A stretch of DNA of 64,000 nucleotides from Candidatus Falkowbacteria bacterium RIFOXYA2_FULL_47_19 (GTDB lineage: Bacteria; Patescibacteriota; Patescibacteriia; Patescibacteriales; UBA12075): positions 69,375 to 133,374 of the forward strand of contig MFGB01000023.1 in NCBI GenBank assembly GCA_001780275.1. The letters are read 5' to 3'. The position numbers and the translations under genes were made by a program. The notes beneath the pieces are model-generated. The model was not told the DNA's origin. It was given only the letters and a program-made list of their open reading frames with translations, and made no database searches. Shown piece by piece: positions 52,250-61,838 of this stretch. How positions within the stretch are numbered: position 1 is the first letter of the stretch; every line of letters begins with the position of its first letter.

Positions 52250-55200
52250 TTATCGTTCAGTTACCACTATCCAGGCGTTCGAAAATCCGTCCGTGTCCCA
52301 ATCGCCGTAGAGCTGGTAACCTTGCGCCGTTCCTCCCGGACAGGGAAAGCCGTCAGTGCCGTTATTGCACCATCCCCAATTATCCTTAACTTTTAAGCTC
52401 GGCCGAACCACGCAGCAATCGCTTTGCGAAGGACAGATAAAGCCGCTCGAAACGTTTTCGTAATTGCGGGCCAGGGCGTTGGCCGCGCCGCAATAGACCG
52501 TATTCTGCCCCGCGCCGTAATTCATGACCCGCTTAGCCCTAAGATCCCAATAGCTGTACAAATGGAACAAGGAATGGGGATTTTCCCAGTTTTTCCGGTC
52601 GCGCATCTCGACGCCGGACACGACCGTACCTTCGTTATCTCCCCAATCGACCGCGTACATGACGAGCGGCAGCTGATCGGCGTCCACGATGCTGTTGAAC
52701 GTCAGATTAACGAAGCCGTTGCCGTGTATCGCCGGAAAAGGCGGATTGCCCGGATTATTATCGACCGTGATATTCTCTATTCTCGGTTTTACGCCGCAAA
52801 AATCGCAGTGCTCGGAACCCAGGGTCGTGCCCGGACACTGGAAGCAGTCCCCGTCATTGCACTCCCCTTCCTGCGTACTGGGGTTGAGATCCCAGACCGG
52901 CCGTGCCCAGTCGTTTCCACCCGCGCTCTTGCAGGTATTTATCGGCGGATCCCAGAAGGTAACTTCTCCGGTCCCCATCGGTACCGCTGAATAGCGCCCG
53001 GCCCGGGTAGAGGCCAGGACGCAATAATCGTTAAGGCAGATCTGCCGGTCGTTGCATTGCCCGCCGACATTATCGCCCCCGACGCAGGTGTCCCACTCGC
53101 AAGTCGTATAATAAGCGCAATCCGCGTTAGAATTGCAGGTATCATGGGTTTCGTTGCATAACGCTTGCCCGGCAACGCCGTTCGGAGAGGGCAAGGTCCA
53201 ATAATTGACGCAGGTCTGCCGTTCCAGGGCCGTACAGCAATCGGCGCCGCAATCATCCGTACCGTCGGCATTGCCGTCGCCGCAACAAACCTCGCAGCAA
53301 TCGCTCGCGATACAATTCACTCCGCCGGCTCCGCAGACGGTGTTAAAGGCGCTGCAGGCGTTAGCTGTGCTTAATTGCGCCGCTGTCTGTCCTTCGAATA
53401 ATATATCATTGCATGGATCAGTCGTGGCTATCTGGCCGTTGACGCAATTCCGATAATTAACGGATACACCACTGGCATTAACGTTATACATCGGGGTGTC
53501 GTAAGTTCCGCTTTCCCTGTACATAACGCAGCGCGCCTGGCAGGCTCCGTTCGGACACTGGTTCATATCGTAAGAGCAGTCCGTGGCCGAGTTAGCGGCG
53601 CAATGCCCTTCCGTCCCCTGCCATTCCCAAACCCCATAGCTTTGGGCGAATATCCGCCTTAGCTTCTGGTGCGGATCGATCGTGGCTAATTCCACGTTAA
53701 AAAGATCCTGGTTACAGCGCTCGCCCGCCGGACAAGTCAAAAAAGTCTGCTGCCAATTTTCGTAACACGGATTGGTGTCGTCATTCGGACAATAATTTAT
53801 TACGCCAGTGGGCCGATTGACCGGTACGTTATAACAGACATCCCCGCTTATATCGCAGAGTCCCAGATGCCCGCACTGGCTGCCGACGCAGTCATACGGC
53901 GCTCCGGCCCGGGCCGCATCCGTCGATTCTCCGAGCATATAGAGGGGCTGAAGACCGCCCTGATCGCCGTCGCTGTCCCATTCATAAGGATTATTGACCG
54001 GAGCCGGCGGTACGGCGGAACCGTAAGGCGTGTCATCGGTGTCATAACGGTAACGGAGCTCCGCTATCTCGTAGGGACTGCCGGTGTTGACGCGGGCGGT
54101 CCAGGCTTTATTTTGTCCGGTCGCATTGACCGTTTGCCAGATCTTCTGGCAGGTCAGATTATAGTTTCGCGGATCGAACGGCGCCGAGTCTACGCCGGTG
54201 TCGTATATCCTGACTCCATCCCTGGTCTCATCCCAGCCGCCGTTATCCAACCCGTTGAATTTTACTAGGTTGCCGTTATAACGATACCACATGCCGGTAA
54301 CGAGGTGATCTTCGATCGGCGTGCAATAATAACGGATCGTTACCCGGCGTCTAAAAGCGTTGCCGCCGCTATGTCTGGTTATCCTTATACGATATCCGCC
54401 GTTCTGGATCCCCTCGTCTTCGGCCGGACAGACATTAGCCGCGCCCTCCATCTCTTCTTCGTCGGGGAAAAATACCTCTCCCGGTATTCCTACAAGTAAA
54501 ATTCCGGCTATATTGCCTAAAAGGGTCAGACCTGATTGCCTGATAGTCCTTAAAAGCCTCTCTTCGCGATGTTCGACCAAGATAAAATCGGCCCGGACAT
54601 TATCGCAGTAATAAACCGGGAATTTTCCGGAATAACCGCTATAAATATCCTCGTCCGAAACGCCGTCGCCCTTGACCCGGTCGACCGGCCACCAGGTTAC
54701 GCAATTCTCGGCCGACCCGGGATAACGGTCGTATTCAAGGCAATACCCCCAAAATCCTTTTTTTCGTATACCGGTGTCCTCTATATAATCGCAGCTTAAG
54801 GATTCATTTTCCGGATAAAGACGGCAAGTTTGCGGTACCCATTTTCCGGTTTGCGCGAACAGGGCCGGGCTTAATTTTATGTCATCCATATAATAATTGC
54901 CGTCCCCGGTCGTGGATAAAACAAGTCTTATTCTTTGAGCGGTGGACTGGACCTGGAATCTCTGATTTAAGAACGTCCAGGGATGGCCGTATTCCAGGGA
55001 TAGGCCTACCGCCGATTCGAGCAGGACGCCCTCGGCGTTGTACTGCTCGATCGTGATGTCGGCGGATTGAGTGCTTAAGTTCTGGGTGTCTATCATGGCC
55101 GAAATAATATAATGCAAACCGCTCATCGCTTCGATAAGATCGGATTCGATAGCGTAACCCTTGCCCGCTTTAAGGAAAGAACTGCCTTCGGGAGAGAACC

Positions 55201-58200
55201 CGACGCCTTCGTTTTGTGCCGCCACCGGATTATCGATCACTCGGAAAAAATCCGCGCTCCAGACGAGATCGCTCCGCGACAGATTCCAGCCGATCGGATA
55301 ACCGTTGTTTCCCGATATTTCAAAGTTGCCGTTATTAAGATAGATCACTTCGCCCTCCTGTGCCATGGCGCCGAAGGGGAAATAATCGGCTTCCTCCGAG
55401 CCGCCTATATAGCCCACCTTGCTGTAACCGGTCGTATTGGCATACAGATCCGCGTCCGCCGAGCCGGTATAGGTTTGATTCTCCTGCCTCGATATGATGA
55501 AATTATCGCAATCGCCGTTATCGTCAAGGCTGTCGCACAGGCCTGTGCCGAAACATACATTCGCCCCTTTTCTGTCTTTGATATAACTCCGGCAGGACAA
55601 CCATTCATTGCAAACCCTGTCCGGTTTTACCTTAAGAATGGCGTTGGCGTCGCAACTGTCCAGGCCGCAATTGCGAGGATTTCCGTTTTCCGGCACCGGA
55701 CTGTTATCAGCATCAAAAACGAGGGCGGCATAATTTACGTCGATATTATCGCCGCCGGTAATGGCGCGTTCGTTGAACAAAACGCATCCTTCCTCGTAAT
55801 TAATGACACCGTTGCAATCCGTTCTGTTAAGATCCCTTTTCAGCTGGTAGCTGACAACCGCCTTATTGATAATAACTTTAGTGCCGTTATTGACCGCCGC
55901 GTTACCGGCGTCCGCTATTATATCCGTATCGGTCCTCGATACGCCGTATTCGGTAAAAAATCTCAAACTGGCCCTTTCTCCGGCCGTAGACCCCAGGCTA
56001 AGAGTGGAAACCGGCGTCTGAAAACGATTATTATCCGCTAAGACGTAAAAAACCGTGATCGGATTGCCGTCCCCGTCCCGGGCCGTAACCGTTACGGAAT
56101 TAGCGCCTTCGACCGTCAATATGTAAAGCGTATTCGGATCCAGGTCGATTTCCTGGTTGCCGGTCGATATTTGCCAGCCATCGGCAGTGCCGTCCAGATC
56201 AACATCCTGGGAAAAATCGCCGTTATAGATCTCGTTAGTATTGAAATCAGACCGGGGATCGACGTATTCGCTGCAACCCGCCTGATCAGCGGAACAGAGC
56301 CCGGCCCAAAATCCGTAAGTATCGATCGTGGGCTGGTTTACGATATTGCCGTTGCCGCCGTAACCGATCGTTTTTATCGGACTGGCCGCGGATGTGCAAA
56401 GATAATCGTTCCTGTCCTGAATACAGCTATAGCGGCATTGGCCGGCCTCGCAGGTCATAAAAGATCCGCAGTCGGCGTTTTCCGAACAGGCCAGTCCGTT
56501 CGAACCGCAATCGGCGGCTTTAAGGCATAATCGGTTTTCCAAGGGCTGGAAGAAGCCTGCCGTCGAGGTGGCGTCGATTTCGCCATTAACCGCTGACAGC
56601 GGATCCGAACCGTCGTCGCAGCGGCTTACCTGTTTCTGGTACCATCCCCAGCTCAATTCGCTTGCTCCTAAACCGGCGCCCTGCTTCCATTCGCAGGTCT
56701 GGTCGCCGGGATCCTTAAAATATTCAACGCCGTCTTTAGCCGCCCAGGCTTCGCAACCGGCTGTATTTTCGTCGCACAATATGCGGTCATACTCATCCGG
56801 ATCGTTTTTCCGGAATATTTCGTCATAAACCGCCTGGCCGCTGAATTCATGAGGGAGACCCAGGCGGCTGCAGCCTTTGCCGGCCGGACCGCATTCCTTT
56901 TCCGGATCGGCCACGAGATAAACGAAACTATCCGCCAAAATCGATTCGCAATCCTCTCCGTCCGCCGGATCGCAAACCCCGTCGCCGCCGTCATTCCAGA
57001 AGGTCGCCCCGAAGTCGGTCGAATTGTGCGTATCGATCGCCAGCTCGCAATTAACGGCCGATTGGTCGCAAAGTTGGGTGAATCGGCGCAAATAATAAGT
57101 CAACCCCTCTTTGTCGCTCCAGGTGCCGCAACCCAGGTTATGGAGTTCGCCGGCCGGATTGCCGTTTATATCGTTAAAGCATGAATCCGGGATATTCCGG
57201 GAATTCTTCAGAAGATAATAGCGATCGACGATCTCCGTCAGCCGGATATCATCGATAAAAAAATTGCCGTTTGCCGTTATGACCAGGCTCTCGTCGGCCG
57301 CTACCGCGTGATCGACGGCTGTAAGATCGAGTTCATAAAGCCGCCACTCGGGAGTCAGGGTAAGCGACAGCAAAGGATCGGATGTAAAAGAAGACGCGTT
57401 GGAACTGTTGGAAATAACGATCGAATTGAATTGCGTGGCCGGAGAACCGCCGCCGGCGTTCTGTTTGGCGATAAAGCGGATATTATATGATTTTCCTTCG
57501 TTAATAAGGTTGCCTAAATTAAGGCTTGTCCCCACGGGAGCGGGACCGGAAACGGAAAGGGATTCCCCTCCCACAAAAAGAGATTCGCTGTCCGTCACGA
57601 CCGTAGCGCCTCCCGTCCCGCGCCAGCCCTGCGCGCTGCCTTCGAAATCGCTGGCGGCTATTACGCGGATATTGCTGCCGGTTGATCCGGTGTATTCACG
57701 GCAAGAGGCCTGGGAAGCCGAGCATTTCCTTCCTTCGCCCGGTATGGCCATATATATGCAGGCGCCATGGTCGTTGCGCCAGGTTCCTCCGTTCTTGCAG
57801 TAAACGCATTCCTGCTGAACCGCGTCGTAATGCATGCTGTTCGGATCGGGATCAAGGGCGGCACAAGCGGCCGCGCCGATATCAGCGCCCGTTACCGGGT
57901 CTCTGACTATATTCTGCTCGGTGCGGCGATACGGATGGCAATCTTCGCCACAGGTTATCGTCCGGCTGAAAAGATGGTAGGAAAGCTGTCCGCTCTGGTT
58001 ATAGTATTCCCGGCAATCGGGGTTATAACCCGGATCGGTCGGCGGCAGATTATAGATCGTAAGATTGCATTCGGTTCCGTCGGGAGAGGTTACGTCCGGC
58101 TCCGCGCCGGCGGCCTGGAAAAGATGCGCCTTTAACTGATAGCCTGTCTCCGATGATCCCTCCCATGTATAGAAATTGGCGCAATTCGCGCCCGGATCGT

Positions 58201-61048
58201 TGGGCCGGACGCATTGCTTTAGATAAGTATAGTATTCCTTGCTTTCGCCGCCTTGTCCGATCGTATCGAGATTGGTAAATTCGTCGCAACCGACCGAAGC
58301 CGCGCCGCAGCGTTTAGCGGTTTGCGGTATCAGGAAGGAAGGCTTTAGATCGTCAAAAGAAGTGGCTGACTGAAGGTAATCATCGTAACCGACGCATTCC
58401 GCCGGGCAATAATCGGCGGCTGATATCCTGGCCGGTATGGTTAATCCTCCTTTGGCGCTCGTGAACAGCTTGCACCCGACCTCGCTTTGGTTGCAAAGCC
58501 TGGTAAACTCGCCGCAAAGAGCGGGAGCGTCGCTCCTTAAGCTGTGATCGACTCCGGGATTAACGTAGCATTCCTGGGCCATATACTCCGGGATCAATTT
58601 AAAATAGCTGACCCCGTTCGCGCGATAATCGCTATAGGCGGTGGCGGCCGGCCCTCTCTCGACTTTGATCGCGTCTATCCGGCAACTGTCGCCTCCGACA
58701 TCGGTAGTGCCTTCAATACTTATAAGCACTTGGTCGCCTCCGGTAAAAACATGACTGACCGAAAATGACCGCCAATTGCCGGAAGTTGCCAACGGAGCGG
58801 AGCTATGGTTGACGGCCCAATTGTTATTGCTGCCGATATTGATAGTGCCGCCCTCCCCGCAGCCTTTGGCATAAATCGAAAAGGTTAAAACTTCGTTTGC
58901 CAGAGACATGGGCGAAGACAGGAATATCGGTACCGCGGCCGGACCGTAGTTAGCGGGCAAATGGACGCTGCAGCTACCGAAGGCCGCGTCCTGGTCGCAT
59001 CTCTGGTCGAATCCCGCGGCTGGATCCTCAAAACTTGAATTATTGAAAAAATTAGTGCCCTGGCCGGGTAAAGCGCGGATAAATTCATGGCATCCCTCGG
59101 TATCCGCGTCGCACTCTTCGGAATCGCCGTCAAGGAATAACTTCGACCCGGCGCTTGGGGTGCAGGTAAAGATCCCGGCGTTAGCGTCGTAATCCTGGCA
59201 ATACTCTTTGCAGCCGGCGTTATCGGCGTTGCAATTGCCGTAATTAAGGGTATTTTTAAGGTAAGATGCGGTTATACCTCCCTCGCCCCGGAAAGTTTCG
59301 CAACTGTTGTATACCGGATTACAGGTTTTAGAGCCGAAACTCCACCGCCTTCTTTCTTCCGTGCAGTAACCGTAGCTTTGGCAGGAGCCGTCGTAATCTT
59401 CGTTTATACAGGTCTGTTCGTCGGCGCAATATTTATCGTTGCGGTTGACGGTCAGTTCGCTGTCATCACCCGAACCGACCACGGTTTCGATGAGTAATTC
59501 CGGTCCCGGCCCCTCCCGTTTGCAGTAATTAAGGGGGGCTTTAAGGACCCAGTTGGGATCAACCAGGCCGGCGCACCACGATCTCGTATCGGCCGCGGAA
59601 CCGTAATCATCATCGGCCTCGTAGCAGTTGACCAGGTCCTCTAGATTCCTGGCTCCGTTGGTTCCGCCCAAACTCGGATCTCCGGGATGATCTTTTATGT
59701 ATTGGGCGGCTAATTCCCAGCCCACCGGCAAGATCCGGAATTTACGCAATATGATCATAGACCGATAAGGATAACCTTCGTTATAATTCGGCTCCAATCC
59801 GTCGGACGTGAAGCCGAATATTCCTCCGGGATTAAGAAAACCCTGATTCATCGCTTCCCCGACCGTTAACCGGTCCTCGACCGCCTTCCGGAATTTATTG
59901 GTAATAACGCAGTTGGTCGGGCCGGCCTTGGTAGGCTTCGGACAAGTAGTGAGTTCTCCCAGGATATTATAATCCCCTCTGATATTAAAATCCGGCTCAA
60001 CCAACTTCCGGAATTTTTCCTTGGCGGCCGCGATCCCGCCGACATTCGAACCGGAATAATAATCGGTCAGGCCGGAACCGGAAAGCCCATAGTCGCCCGA
60101 ATAGGGACTGGTGGTTTTCTTTCCCTGCCCGAGCTTCTCCATCATGCGGTTAAAGAGGGTTACCGCCAGTTGATTCAAAAAAACGTTGATCGCGTCTTCA
60201 AAAGGATTTTCGGTGGTTTGCGCGAATTGTATCCCCTGGACATTGCTCGCGAAATTCCGCCGGCGCTCCGCTTCTCCAGGGGGGGCGGTTCGGTCTCCAC
60301 TGATCAAACCGGTTACGTCAAGCCAGCCTCCGGTCTCGTTCCGGTCCCTTAATCCGGCTTCCGCGGCCGCGTCCTTGTCGGCCATAAAACCGGTATGAAG
60401 CGTCAAAACCTGGATAAAATCATTCCCGTACGGATCGAACATGGTCTGAAATTTATTCAAAAAATCCCCCTGGGACAATTCCGCTTCCCAATTCTCTTTC
60501 ATCTGAGTGAATGAGCAGCGGGGTTTTTCCGGCCTTTCAACGCGAACCAGGCCCAGTCCGATCCTAAGGCGAAGCTGTAGGTCGGGGTTGCACAAATTAA
60601 AATTCCGGCCGGCCATCTGTTCTATAAAAGTGCCGGCCGCGTTATCGGCGACATTAGTGAGATATTCCCCCCAGCCTTCCGTGATAAAAAGCGGTTTTTG
60701 CCCTTTGCCGCCGGATCCGAGCCAGGTGGCCGTATCGTAAGCTACCGTATTCATGGCGGTGCGGAGAGCCGACCAAAAAGCGGCCGACCCCGCCTTTTTC
60801 CAGGCGAAATCCTCGGCCTGTTTATACCATTCCTTTACCCAGCTGGCGAGATTCTTCGCTGTTTGCGTCACGGTAGCTTTTAGTCCAAGCTTATCCGATG
60901 TTTTAATGGAATTCGGGTCAATCCCGCCCATCCCCGTAAGATCAATTGATTCCGCCCGCGCCCGGTAGATTCCCAAAACAGGCATTAATAAAAAAATATT
61001 AACAATCAGTAAAATAAAAAATAATTTGAAACTAAATTTTAATTTCAT
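52250..61048 (-). CDS. Giant (2932 aa) secreted Cys-rich surface protein with four CBM4_9/jelly-roll-like modules
   Basis: N-terminal signal/anchor (MKLKFSFKLFFILLIVNIFLLMPVLG). There is very high Cys content, e.g. DCCEVCCGDGNADGTDDCGADCC. Four module starts of the NGxFE...GW type are present: FFNNSSFEDPAAGF, ASDFEGSAQGWRG, IYNGDFSQDVDLDGTADGWQ and LNNGNFEISGNNGYPIGWNL. Confidence 0.8.
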   Translation of the reverse strand: MKLKFSFKLFFILLIVNIFLLMPVLGIYRARAESIDLTGMGGIDPNSIKTSDKLGLKATVTQTAKNLASWVKEWYKQAEDFAWKKAGSAAFWSALRTAMNTVAYDTATWLGSGGKGQKPLFITEGWGEYLTNVADNAAGTFIEQMAGRNFNLCNPDLQLRLRIGLGLVRVERPEKPRCSFTQMKENWEAELSQGDFLNKFQTMFDPYGNDFIQVLTLHTGFMADKDAAAEAGLRDRNETGGWLDVTGLISGDRTAPPGEAERRRNFASNVQGIQFAQTTENPFEDAINVFLNQLAVTLFNRMMEKLGQGKKTTSPYSGDYGLSGSGLTDYYSGSNVGGIAAAKEKFRKLVEPDFNIRGDYNILGELTTCPKPTKAGPTNCVITNKFRKAVEDRLTVGEAMNQGFLNPGGIFGFTSDGLEPNYNEGYPYRSMIILRKFRILPVGWELAAQYIKDHPGDPSLGGTNGARNLEDLVNCYEADDDYGSAADTRSWCAGLVDPNWVLKAPLNYCKREGPGPELLIETVVGSGDDSELTVNRNDKYCADEQTCINEDYDGSCQSYGYCTEERRRWSFGSKTCNPVYNSCETFRGEGGITASYLKNTLNYGNCNADNAGCKEYCQDYDANAGIFTCTPSAGSKLFLDGDSEECDADTEGCHEFIRALPGQGTNFFNNSSFEDPAAGFDQRCDQDAAFGSCSVHLPANYGPAAVPIFLSSPMSLANEVLTFSIYAKGCGEGGTINIGSNNNWAVNHSSAPLATSGNWRSFSVSHVFTGGDQVLISIEGTTDVGGDSCRIDAIKVERGPAATAYSDYRANGVSYFKLIPEYMAQECYVNPGVDHSLRSDAPALCGEFTRLCNQSEVGCKLFTSAKGGLTIPARISAADYCPAECVGYDDYLQSATSFDDLKPSFLIPQTAKRCGAASVGCDEFTNLDTIGQGGESKEYYTYLKQCVRPNDPGANCANFYTWEGSSETGYQLKAHLFQAAGAEPDVTSPDGTECNLTIYNLPPTDPGYNPDCREYYNQSGQLSYHLFSRTITCGEDCHPYRRTEQNIVRDPVTGADIGAAACAALDPDPNSMHYDAVQQECVYCKNGGTWRNDHGACIYMAIPGEGRKCSASQASCREYTGSTGSNIRVIAASDFEGSAQGWRGTGGATVVTDSESLFVGGESLSVSGPAPVGTSLNLGNLINEGKSYNIRFIAKQNAGGGSPATQFNSIVISNSSNASSFTSDPLLSLTLTPEWRLYELDLTAVDHAVAADESLVITANGNFFIDDIRLTEIVDRYYLLKNSRNIPDSCFNDINGNPAGELHNLGCGTWSDKEGLTYYLRRFTQLCDQSAVNCELAIDTHNSTDFGATFWNDGGDGVCDPADGEDCESILADSFVYLVADPEKECGPAGKGCSRLGLPHEFSGQAVYDEIFRKNDPDEYDRILCDENTAGCEAWAAKDGVEYFKDPGDQTCEWKQGAGLGASELSWGWYQKQVSRCDDGSDPLSAVNGEIDATSTAGFFQPLENRLCLKAADCGSNGLACSENADCGSFMTCEAGQCRYSCIQDRNDYLCTSAASPIKTIGYGGNGNIVNQPTIDTYGFWAGLCSADQAGCSEYVDPRSDFNTNEIYNGDFSQDVDLDGTADGWQISTGNQEIDLDPNTLYILTVEGANSVTVTARDGDGNPITVFYVLADNNRFQTPVSTLSLGSTAGERASLRFFTEYGVSRTDTDIIADAGNAAVNNGTKVIINKAVVSYQLKRDLNRTDCNGVINYEEGCVLFNERAITGGDNIDVNYAALVFDADNSPVPENGNPRNCGLDSCDANAILKVKPDRVCNEWLSCRSYIKDRKGANVCFGTGLCDSLDDNGDCDNFIISRQENQTYTGSADADLYANTTGYSKVGYIGGSEEADYFPFGAMAQEGEVIYLNNGNFEISGNNGYPIGWNLSRSDLVWSADFFRVIDNPVAAQNEGVGFSPEGSSFLKAGKGYAIESDLIEAMSGLHYIISAMIDTQNLSTQSADITIEQYNAEGVLLESAVGLSLEYGHPWTFLNQRFQVQSTAQRIRLVLSTTGDGNYYMDDIKLSPALFAQTGKWVPQTCRLYPENESLSCDYIEDTGIRKKGFWGYCLEYDRYPGSAENCVTWWPVDRVKGDGVSDEDIYSGYSGKFPVYYCDNVRADFILVEHREERLLRTIRQSGLTLLGNIAGILLVGIPGEVFFPDEEEMEGAANVCPAEDEGIQNGGYRIRITRHSGGNAFRRRVTIRYYCTPIEDHLVTGMWYRYNGNLVKFNGLDNGGWDETRDGVRIYDTGVDSAPFDPRNYNLTCQKIWQTVNATGQNKAWTARVNTGSPYEIAELRYRYDTDDTPYGSAVPPAPVNNPYEWDSDGDQGGLQPLYMLGESTDAARAGAPYDCVGSQCGHLGLCDISGDVCYNVPVNRPTGVINYCPNDDTNPCYENWQQTFLTCPAGERCNQDLFNVELATIDPHQKLRRIFAQSYGVWEWQGTEGHCAANSATDCSYDMNQCPNGACQARCVMYRESGTYDTPMYNVNASGVSVNYRNCVNGQIATTDPCNDILFEGQTAAQLSTANACSAFNTVCGAGGVNCIASDCCEVCCGDGNADGTDDCGADCCTALERQTCVNYWTLPSPNGVAGQALCNETHDTCNSNADCAYYTTCEWDTCVGGDNVGGQCNDRQICLNDYCVLASTRAGRYSAVPMGTGEVTFWDPPINTCKSAGGNDWARPVWDLNPSTQEGECNDGDCFQCPGTTLGSEHCDFCGVKPRIENITVDNNPGNPPFPAIHGNGFVNLTFNSIVDADQLPLVMYAVDWGDNEGTVVSGVEMRDRKNWENPHSLFHLYSYWDLRAKRVMNYGAGQNTVYCGAANALARNYENVSSGFICPSQSDCCVVRPSLKVKDNWGWCNNGTDGFPCPGGTAQGYQLYGDWDTDGFSNAWIVVTER

Positions 61049-61071
61049 TTATTTATATAAATATTTAAAAA

Positions 61072-61755
61072 TCATTCCGCTAAAATCTCCTTGTAAATAT
61101 TCACAATCTCCTCGTCGCTGAATTGCCCGATCATGGCTTCATCGGCTCCGGAGCTTATGAGGAGCGTGCGCAGATCGGCCGCACTCATCTCTCCGCCGAA
61201 AACCTTGGCCGCGTCCGGTGTTTCGCCGCCGGAGCTTTCCGCGGCCGGAATCGCAGTATTGGCCCGGTTCAGTTGTTCAAGGATATCCGCCATGGAATCG
61301 GCCGGAGCGGGGGTCTTGCCCGCTTCATCAGCATCGGCTGACGCCTCAGTACCGTAACATTCCCGGTCTTCAGGGCAATTCGGATCATGCTCGGAATCTA
61401 TTTCGTTTTTATCCAAAAACCCGTCGCTGTCGCTATCTTCGAGATACGGAGAGGTTTTATAAAGATAAAGTTCGTCGCCATCGGACAAGCCGTCGCCGTC
61501 GGTATCTTTAGAGTATAGATCATCTTGTTCAGAGTTTGTATCAAGGGGGATTACACTATTAATTGCGCCGCTATTATTAATCCCGGACAGGTTATTTTTA
61601 AATTGCGCCGACCAGAGGAATATGATAAAAATAGTAAAAAAACCCAAAACCACCAGGGATATCTTCTGGTTCTTATTAAGGCCGGGCTGGATAGGCGCAT
61701 ATTCCGGCTCCCTGTTTTCCTGCTTGCTCTCAAAACCTTGTTCGTTGTTTAACAT
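61072..61755 (-). CDS. Membrane-anchored protein with thrombospondin type-3-like calcium-binding repeats
   Basis: One TM segment (ISLVVLGFFTIFIIFLW), then DTDGDGLSDGDE and DSDSDGFLDKNE (DxDxDG repeats). Confidence 0.65.
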   Translation of the reverse strand: MLNNEQGFESKQENREPEYAPIQPGLNKNQKISLVVLGFFTIFIIFLWSAQFKNNLSGINNSGAINSVIPLDTNSEQDDLYSKDTDGDGLSDGDELYLYKTSPYLEDSDSDGFLDKNEIDSEHDPNCPEDRECYGTEASADADEAGKTPAPADSMADILEQLNRANTAIPAAESSGGETPDAAKVFGGEMSAADLRTLLISSGADEAMIGQFSDEEIVNIYKEILAE

Positions 61756-61838
61756 TAATATATAAAAATAATTATATTTTATTCAGGTTGAACTTTTTAC
61801 CAGTTATACACAATACGGCAATTAAATTATAACATAAT

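Noticed and set aside
52424-61357. Many plus-strand ORFs of 60-309 aa inside the giant gene, e.g. 55112-56041 (309 aa), 52424-52990, 53867-54268 and 57399-57803
   Set aside because: All lie antisense to a continuous 2932-codon ORF. They have Arg/Gly/Pro-rich, low-information compositions typical of the reverse frame of GC-balanced coding DNA. None has a recognisable RBS or motif.
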